Shown: in pieces, positions 60,566 through 64,000 of the stretch
Numbering within the stretch: position 1 is the first letter of the stretch
How the letters are laid out: every line of letters starts with the position of its first letter
Virus record (IMG/VR): IMGVR_UViG_3300029984_000001
Location: 1 to 64,000 of that record
Strand: one strand, 5' to 3'
DNA length: 64,000 bases
The notes under the pieces: generated by a model
The model's database searches: none
Told to the model about the DNA's origin: nothing
The model's input: only the letters and a program-made list of their open reading frames with translations
Made by a program: the position numbers and the translations under genes

Positions 60566-61954
60566 ATGGAAGAGAAAATCAAAGAAAACCAAGTACATAT
60601 TGTAGTATTTGATCAGAATGGATTACCTACGGTAAGAGTTTTTACAGACCTAGACAAATGTTCTGATTATGTTAAATTTATATCATTAAAGACTAATATA
60701 TTCACAAAAGGTATGTTTACAGAAACTCTTGATAGAGGATCGAACGAAATAAAATACACCGATAATAATTTTATAAAAGTATGGAAAGATTCACATCCAG
60801 AACCTACTGAAGAAAACCAATTACATGTAGTATTATTTTCATTGGATGGAAAACCTTTAGTACGAGTTTTTACTGATTTAAGTAAAGGTGCTGAATATCA
60901 AAACTATATATCATTAAATCGTCATATTACGGTTTATATGTTTACAGAAACTATTGATATAGGATTAGAAGAGATGAAATCTATGACTCCTCTTATGTTT
61001 CCTGAAGTATGGGGAAATGCATATCTGGATTCTGATCAAAATTATAAACAAATGAAAGAACTCGATATAGATCAAGAATGTAACAAAATGAATTTAAAAG
61101 ACGATATTAAAGCTAGGGGATTTATTCAAACTAAGAATGAATCTGACATTTCTGAAGAAAAAGAAGAAAGTTCTTTTATAACAATGAAAGTCCCAGAATT
61201 CTTAGGGATAGGTTCGGCATTTAATACAGACTTAGGTAATACTTCTTGTTATTTTATAGAGCTAGATACATTAATATTAATTGATTGTGGTAGTGATGTA
61301 TTTCCTAAAGTAAAGAAAATATTGAATAAATATGATTATATAAAACACGTTAATATATTAATAACACACATGCATTCAGATCATACAGGTTCATTACCTA
61401 CCCTAATAGAATATTGTTATCATACTAAAAAGATAATACCTGAAATAATATATCCTGAACAATCAAAAATGAGAGATATGCTAAATGATCATTTAATTGG
61501 AGAAGAATTATATAGTACGGATTTTCATTCTTCACCAATAAGAGGTGAAAAAGGATATTGTGTAACGTCTACTAATAGTGCTGTTAAATTCAAAATAAAT
61601 ACTATAAAATTAGTACATAATATATATAATGATTGGTATTCGTATGGATATATAATAAATCGTTCTGATAAAACTTTTATATTTGTATGGGATACTTGTG
61701 ATGTACATCCAGAAATACATAGTATCTTTAGATCTGAATGTAATAGATTAGGAAGTGAAAATGTATATTTATTTCATGATGTTTATTTTGAAGATTTTGC
61801 GGGATGTCCACATACCAATTTTAATAAAATTAAAAGTGTTATAACCAAAAATAAAGATAGAGTTTTCTTTGTACATTTAGATAATAAAGAAGAGTTAGAT
61901 AAGATTGCTAAAGAAAGTGGATTTGGTGATATAAATTTATTCTATAAAAAATAA
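60566..61954 (+). CDS. Metallo-beta-lactamase-fold hydrolase fused to a duplicated N-terminal domain
   Basis: FLGIGSAF, LIDCG, ITHMHSDH (THxHxDH), HT, FVHLD; two N-terminal repeats of about 75 aa. Confidence 0.85.
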   Translation: MEEKIKENQVHIVVFDQNGLPTVRVFTDLDKCSDYVKFISLKTNIFTKGMFTETLDRGSNEIKYTDNNFIKVWKDSHPEPTEENQLHVVLFSLDGKPLVRVFTDLSKGAEYQNYISLNRHITVYMFTETIDIGLEEMKSMTPLMFPEVWGNAYLDSDQNYKQMKELDIDQECNKMNLKDDIKARGFIQTKNESDISEEKEESSFITMKVPEFLGIGSAFNTDLGNTSCYFIELDTLILIDCGSDVFPKVKKILNKYDYIKHVNILITHMHSDHTGSLPTLIEYCYHTKKIIPEIIYPEQSKMRDMLNDHLIGEELYSTDFHSSPIRGEKGYCVTSTNSAVKFKINTIKLVHNIYNDWYSYGYIINRSDKTFIFVWDTCDVHPEIHSIFRSECNRLGSENVYLFHDVYFEDFAGCPHTNFNKIKSVITKNKDRVFFVHLDNKEELDKIAKESGFGDINLFYKK

Positions 61955-61966
61955 GGAGGAAATAAT

Positions 61967-62269
61967 GTGACTAATAAAAAAGCTATCCCTAGAGCAGCCA
62001 GATCCTTAAGAGTAGTTCTTGGATTTAAAAATTCTATTAAAGTAGTTAAAAAGTTAATTAATCATGATAGTGAAGAAGAAATATTAAAATTCATTTCAAA
62101 TTGTGATGTATTTATTGAAACTAAAATAACGGGAATATGTGACAGAGATGGAGGTTTAGAAGGATATCATACTCTTAATAAAAATAATAAATCTTGCCGT
62201 ATTTCTTTTTGTTGCACTGGTATGTATATACCAAATTCTGATAATACTAAGGCTGACCCCTTGGTATGA
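61967..62269 (+). CDS. Hypothetical protein
   Basis: GTG start with AAGGAGG RBS. Confidence 0.6.
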   Translation: MTNKKAIPRAARSLRVVLGFKNSIKVVKKLINHDSEEEILKFISNCDVFIETKITGICDRDGGLEGYHTLNKNNKSCRISFCCTGMYIPNSDNTKADPLV

Positions 62270-62294
62270 ATCAATAAATTAGGAGGAATTATAA

Positions 62295-62897
62295 ATGGAT
62301 AAAAAAGGACATATTTGGTATATAAATGAAGAGGGAAAATATTGTAGATTATTTGAGTTTATGGTTTATATAATTAAACCCGTGACAATATCTGATATAA
62401 TTAAATTTGAATTAGATTTTGATAATGGTCAAAAATTAATAAGAGAAGTGAATGAATGTAAAATAGAAGGACCTTATATTTTAGATCAACATTGTTTTGG
62501 TGACAATGAATCTATTGTAATGAAACATCATAAATTAGGTAATTTGCAAGAGATAAATAAAGAAGAAATAATATCTGGTATAAAAGAAAAAATAAATGAA
62601 ATAGAAAGATTAAAAGAACTTATAACATTATCAGAAGAAATCAATATGGGTAATATTTGTACTAATAATATAATTGTTGATTTTGGAATAACTAAATGTG
62701 TATTCACAGATAGCGAAATTTATTATTTACACTCAATTAATAAAATAGGAATTTCTACAGATATAGATTGTACTGGTACAAGTTTTGAATTTGATGATAT
62801 TAAAGAAGGTTATAAAATCATAGTATCATATAAAGATTCAGGTAATGAATCAATATATGATGAACCTCATTTATTAGTAGAATTTATAGAAAAATAA
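62295..62897 (+). CDS. Hypothetical protein
   Basis: AGGAGG RBS. Confidence 0.65.
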   Translation: MDKKGHIWYINEEGKYCRLFEFMVYIIKPVTISDIIKFELDFDNGQKLIREVNECKIEGPYILDQHCFGDNESIVMKHHKLGNLQEINKEEIISGIKEKINEIERLKELITLSEEINMGNICTNNIIVDFGITKCVFTDSEIYYLHSINKIGISTDIDCTGTSFEFDDIKEGYKIIVSYKDSGNESIYDEPHLLVEFIEK

Positions 62898-62993
62898 ATA
62901 TACACAAACTATATAATGTTGAGAGGTTTTCTATATATAATTTATTATTTATAAAGAGGTGTAAAAACCTCTTTATTTTTTAATATCCGTTAT

Positions 62994-63006
62994 AATTATA
63001 TATTAT
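62994..63006 (+). promoter_or_regulatory. Early-type promoter motif for the beta-prime N gene
   Basis: AATTATATATTAT after a terminator hairpin. Confidence 0.6.
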
Positions 63007-63084
63007 AATATTGAGAGGGGATGATTGTATTGTGATAGTTTTATTAAATAAAATATACTTTATACTGGAGGGAGAAAAATATAA

Positions 63085-64000
63085 ATGGGAAATTTTGAGG
63101 TAAAATGCTCGTATCCTAATAATCCGAATTTTACATATGAACCCACACTAGAAGTTATTAATATGGATGAGGACAAGAAATATAATATATTATATGAGGA
63201 TGGTTTTGTTCTTAGTGGAATTCAAAGTTCATTCAAGAAAGATCTGAAGAATCCATCAGGTATTTTCTCTACTAAATTTGGACAAGGTCTAGGAGATATA
63301 AATGCGTTTGATAATAGATACAAATGTACATGTGGTAATGTTAATCAAAGAATTCATAACGGAGCTATATGTCCAGATTGTGGGACTAAAGTAAAATATG
63401 TAGATGATAATTTAAATATATTTGGTTGGATGACTGTTCAAAATTATTGGATTATACATCCTAATCTATTTAAAGCAATAGCATCATATATTTCTCCTAA
63501 GAAATTTGAAAAGATTATAGGATATGAAGAGAAGAAAGATCAAAATGGGCATAAAATAATTGTAGAATATCAACCAGATAAGGAAAAGAAAGAAGAAAGA
63601 TATTTTGGTTTAGGGTTAATAGATTTTAAAGAGAAATTTGACGAGATCATGCAGTTCTATTATACTCCTAAGAAGAAAGAAAAATATGACCACATCATGA
63701 AGAATAGAGATAAAGTATTTACACAATCTATTGCCGTGTTCTCTAGTCTCCTCAGACCTACCGAAACGACGTCTGACAAATTTATATTCGAAAGTTCTAA
63801 TGCTCAGTATCATATGATGACTAAATTAGTTACTTTATTAAACGACAAGTACATAAGGAGTTCTTACGGTAAGAAAACAAAAAATCAATTACTATATGAT
63901 TTGTGTTTAAAATATCAAGAATTATATGGAGAGATTGAAAACATATTATCTTCTAAGAAAGGACAACTAAGACAATGCTTTGGTGGTAGATCTTCTTTTT
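63085..64000 (+). CDS. rpoC: Partial CDS: RNA polymerase beta-prime N-terminal subunit (likely non-virion RNAP); absent from ORF track
   Basis: GGAGGGAG RBS; open frame to window end: GIFSTKFG..YKCTCG..GAICPDCGTKV..GWM..IIHP..SIAVFSSLLRP..SKKGQLRQCFGGRS (cf. GLFC.RIFG, CxC..CxxC, PV.PP.LRP, GK.GR.R.NLLGKR). Confidence 0.93.
   Translation, partial: MGNFEVKCSYPNNPNFTYEPTLEVINMDEDKKYNILYEDGFVLSGIQSSFKKDLKNPSGIFSTKFGQGLGDINAFDNRYKCTCGNVNQRIHNGAICPDCGTKVKYVDDNLNIFGWMTVQNYWIIHPNLFKAIASYISPKKFEKIIGYEEKKDQNGHKIIVEYQPDKEKKEERYFGLGLIDFKEKFDEIMQFYYTPKKKEKYDHIMKNRDKVFTQSIAVFSSLLRPTETTSDKFIFESSNAQYHMMTKLVTLLNDKYIRSSYGKKTKNQLLYDLCLKYQELYGEIENILSSKKGQLRQCFGGRSSF

Noticed and set aside
63027-63106. 23-codon GTG ORF overlapping the beta-prime N start, as a leader peptide
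   Set aside because: Short, no supporting structure, and the rpoC start has its own strong RBS.
1-64000. tRNA, rRNA, integrase or transposase genes
   Set aside because: No cloverleaf/T-loop pattern or recombinase motifs recognised by eye; tRNAscan-SE would be the definitive check.

Overview
Very AT-rich 64-kb segment of a lytic jumbo phage of the phiKZ/AR9(PBS1)-like supergroup. The host is probably an anaerobic Firmicute (Clostridium-like), based on the holin family, the DUF4046-type gene, the WYY cell-wall repeats and class III RNR. Core genes: a 2910-aa tail/tape-measure protein with three peptidoglycan hydrolase domains; three split multisubunit RNA polymerase genes (a 1742-aa beta subunit with an internal GNAT domain, a beta-prime C-terminal subunit, and a beta-prime N-terminal subunit running off the window end and missing from the ORF track); nrdD split by two related ORF-less group I introns; thyA; RNase H; a kinase-like protein; endolysin; holin; and putative virion proteins. 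Two promoter motifs divide the intergenic regions: RRYTR-TATATTAT (early-like, 14 copies) and AACA-N6-TA (the AR9 late consensus, upstream of virion, lysis and nucleotide-metabolism genes). The accessory region (about 15-41 kb) holds a DNA methylase-thyA-macrodomain operon, a proteasome-beta-like protease, HAD and DHH hydrolases, HExxH peptidases and a tandem triplet of BCS1-like AAA+ ATPases. Several of these carry single repairable lesions that the ORF track hides, while the long core genes are intact. Family assignments come from recalled motifs, not database searches. No tRNA, rRNA or CRISPR array was seen.
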